A stretch of DNA of 64,000 bases from Bacteroidales bacterium (GTDB lineage Bacteria; Bacteroidota; Bacteroidia; Bacteroidales; JAGONC01), in the NCBI GenBank assembly GCA_023133655.1, contig JAGLWB010000328.1, positions 7,681-71,680 of the forward strand, written 5' to 3'. A program made the translations under genes and the position numbers. Shown one piece after another: positions 61,799 to 64,000 of this stretch. The notes under the pieces were generated by a model, which was not told where the DNA came from, did not search any database, and saw only the letters and a list, made by a program, of their open reading frames with translations. Numbering within the stretch: the stretch's first letter is position 1; each line of letters begins with the position of its first letter.

Positions 61799-63589
61799 TT
61801 AGTTCTTGATCAATTTATAGGTATAAGTTGTTACTGAATTTGAAAGATGCAGAATATATATCCCTGGCTTATAATTAGCCAAATTTAGTTTATGAATTAA
61901 ATATTCCCCGGATTTATCCAACTCATTTTCAAAGAGAATTTTACCTTCTATGGAGAAAATCCGGCAATTATACAATCCCTGATAATCATTAAAAATCTCG
62001 ATCATATAAGTGTTAGGGATATTTGATAAAAGGACATTAATTCCATGGTTTTCAAAGTTTTGAGGAATTATATCTTTAAGAAAATAAAGTGAGTTCAATG
62101 AACTAGCTTTAGTGCCTGGGAAAGAAAGAGTTGCACAGTCGAAATGTAATGTATCATATACAGTCTTTACATAAAAGGTGTCATAATCATTGATCTGATT
62201 ATCAACGTAGTGGTATGGCCTGTTTTTATCTGTTCTGCGAAGAAAATCTAATGTTTTGGTATTTGAATTATAGGAATACCAATAATAATAATTAGCCGTG
62301 AGGTCGCTACAAACTAATAGTTGATCTTTAACGATTAAATAAGATTTAATTGTAGAAGGATCATATCCTATATCAATTAGGAAAGATTCAGAAGTATAAC
62401 ATCCTGCACTATTTAAAACTGTAACCTCTATATAACCATCACCTGGCTTACCCCAATTAATTAATAACGAGTCCGGAGAAATATAAGAGACTTTTTCTGC
62501 TCCTTTTATCGTGTCCCATTTAATTAATTCATAATCATTATTATCTAAGTGATATAAAGCCTCATTCTGGTATGAACATACCTGAACATCTCCAATTAAA
62601 TTAATTTCGGAAACTGGAAGGATAAATACATTTTTTGATGTGGTAAATGTTCTCCCGTCTACTATGTAATCGTAATAGATAGTAGTAAGTCCTGTATCTG
62701 TGAGTATGGGATTAAACATGGTAGTTTCGCCATAAATTGCATCTCCATGGAATCTCCCGCCGGGTGGAATTCCTTCTAATCGAAAGAAATCATCATAATG
62801 GCAGACTGTATCTACTACGAGCTCACCTAAGGATATGTCGAGGTAGAAGAGTTTAATAGAAAAAGGATCTGAGAGTTCATTTGGATCATCAGGGGGGTGG
62901 GGATAATCTCCATTAGCCCAAAAGGTAATAATATTTTCTCCACCCTGTAAGAATTGAACATTAATACCTAATGTAATGTCATTTGTATCATTTGTATGTG
63001 AATCCACATCATAATTTACCGTCTCCCCATTTAGTTCAATAATATATTGTGTTATTTTATTAGTATTATCACTCACGTCACATGCAGCGTAGGAGTGTAC
63101 TTGTAATGTAATACTACTATCATATACTACATTAAAAAGTAAAGGGTCCGGCTCAAATTCATTTTCATTATCAATGATGTTGATTATCTCAATATTAGGT
63201 TTGCAATAATAAACTGTATCTTCAGCTATCAATGTATCATCAGGAAAAACTGCTTTAATCTCAATAAAATTTTCATATTCCGTGGTAGATGGAAAATCAA
63301 AAGAAATATTATAGAGCTTTAAATCCGAGTAATAGGAATCGCTTACAACAGCTGAATCTGGGATACCATTTATTGAATAAATAAACAAGTCTATATCGTT
63401 ATTCGGGCAATTATGAATAATTACAGAATATGAAATTACAGGGTCTCCAAAGGTTGATTCATTATTTGATATATCCAGAATTCTGTTTTTATTCGAGTAA
63501 TTTTCTGTAATAGCGTAAGAAGAAGTTGATAATAGAGAATATGATAGTAAAGTGATTATAACAAAAAAATACCGAATGATTTTTTTCAT
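61799..63589 (-). CDS. T9SS-secreted multi-Ig-like-domain protein with C-terminal sorting domain
   Basis: 596 aa. Signal peptide (..LLSTSSYA). A Cys-pair Ig-like module homologous to the 472-aa ORF (GDVQVCSYQNEALYHL...LNSAGC). CTD-like tail (..IFSIEGKILFENELDKSGEYLIHKLNLANYKPGIYILHLSNSVTTYTYKLIKN). Confidence 0.7.
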   Translation of the reverse strand: MKKIIRYFFVIITLLSYSLLSTSSYAITENYSNKNRILDISNNESTFGDPVISYSVIIHNCPNNDIDLFIYSINGIPDSAVVSDSYYSDLKLYNISFDFPSTTEYENFIEIKAVFPDDTLIAEDTVYYCKPNIEIINIIDNENEFEPDPLLFNVVYDSSITLQVHSYAACDVSDNTNKITQYIIELNGETVNYDVDSHTNDTNDITLGINVQFLQGGENIITFWANGDYPHPPDDPNELSDPFSIKLFYLDISLGELVVDTVCHYDDFFRLEGIPPGGRFHGDAIYGETTMFNPILTDTGLTTIYYDYIVDGRTFTTSKNVFILPVSEINLIGDVQVCSYQNEALYHLDNNDYELIKWDTIKGAEKVSYISPDSLLINWGKPGDGYIEVTVLNSAGCYTSESFLIDIGYDPSTIKSYLIVKDQLLVCSDLTANYYYWYSYNSNTKTLDFLRRTDKNRPYHYVDNQINDYDTFYVKTVYDTLHFDCATLSFPGTKASSLNSLYFLKDIIPQNFENHGINVLLSNIPNTYMIEIFNDYQGLYNCRIFSIEGKILFENELDKSGEYLIHKLNLANYKPGIYILHLSNSVTTYTYKLIKN

Positions 63590-63615
63590 GATATTGTTAT
63601 TAGTTTATTAACTGA

Positions 63616-64000
63616 TTAATACTTAATAAGTTTAAAGGTCCTATAAACACTTGGATTAATTATTTTGCCAATATAAAAACCTTTTTCAAGAAATTTCAGA
63701 TTTATTTTCTGAATTGTATTCACATCTTTCTTATTAAATATTTTATATAAAACCTCCCTTCCGTTCATATCAGTTATCGTAAATATTAAATCAGCATCTA
63801 TTTCACCTGAGATTTTAATGTTTACAAATTCATAACTTGGGTTAGGATAGTATGAAATGGTCAGTGGTTGATTTATAATATTATTAATGCCTACCACAAT
63901 AGAAGCCACAAAGAACTCAATAGTATCTCTATCTACTCCGCATTCATTAGAGTCGATTAAAATAATACTAAAAATACTATCCCGGTAATCATCAATATTT
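63616..64000 (-). CDS. C-terminal part of a larger T9SS-sorted protein (5' end beyond window)
   Basis: The ORF-track 'start' at 63909 is an internal GTG. My hand translation of the same frame stays open to position 64000 (..NIDDYRDSIFSIILIDSNECGVDRDTIEFFVASIVV..). The tail has the type-A CTD pattern ISYYPNPSYEFVNIKI...GFYIGKIINPSVYRTFKLIKY. Confidence 0.65.
   Translation of the reverse strand, partial: NIDDYRDSIFSIILIDSNECGVDRDTIEFFVASIVVGINNIINQPLTISYYPNPSYEFVNIKISGEIDADLIFTITDMNGREVLYKIFNKKDVNTIQKINLKFLEKGFYIGKIINPSVYRTFKLIKY

Noticed and set aside
1-64000. Looked for rRNA, tRNA (cloverleaf-capable ~75-nt GC-richer islands in intergenic DNA), riboswitch-like leaders and CRISPR repeat-spacer arrays.
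   Set aside because: I found none by eye. The intergenic regions are short or AT-rich without tRNA-like conserved boxes or regularly spaced identical repeats. A covariance-model scan (tRNAscan-SE/Infernal) would be needed to be definitive.

Overview
This 64-kb window comes from a low-GC, Bacteroidota-type genome. The taxon call rests on T9SS C-terminal sorting domains, TAnnTTTG-type promoter boxes, a Bacteroidota-style dcw gene order, and PFOR plus a methylmalonyl-CoA-type carboxyltransferase, which suggest an anaerobe. Layout: (1) 1-14.2 kb holds a complete minus-strand dcw cluster, mraZ-rsmH-ftsL-like-ftsI-murE-mraY-murD-ftsW-murG-murC-ftsQ-ftsA-ftsZ (ftsZ truncated by the window edge), with three 10-bp-phased GTGG repeats just upstream of mraZ. 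(2) 14.5-36.3 kb is mostly housekeeping: an OlsA/OlsB-like (GlsA/GlsB-like) acyltransferase pair, engB, biotin carrier plus carboxyltransferase, yjbR-like, mutS2, an ECF sigma/TPR pair, PFOR, an outer-membrane/TonB-receptor cluster, sppA, folK and a deoxynucleoside kinase. (3) 36.3-44.9 kb carries four OmpA-like envelope proteins in two paralogous pairs, interrupted by an intact IS4-family element with 18-bp inverted repeats and a 10-bp target duplication. (4) 44.9-45.8 kb is an AT-rich, gene-poor spacer with toxin-antitoxin-like debris. (5) 45.8-64 kb is a visibly more AT-rich accessory locus. It contains a 1240-aa P-loop/pseudokinase/TM/TPR protein convergent with an operon-like string: T9SS-sorted Ig/PKD proteins, two paralogous N-domain plus beta-barrel OM proteins, a secreted SH3b-like/vWA protein, a decayed duplicate of that protein's Cys-rich C-terminus, and a MacB/FtsX-type ABC pump whose ATPase has a ~360-aa unrecognisable tail. 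I consider this locus the best candidate for an undescribed envelope-spanning system. I saw no rRNA, tRNA or CRISPR array. All product calls come from motif-level reading of the ORF translations and hand translation. No database search or computation was possible, so family names are hypotheses to confirm with HMM searches.
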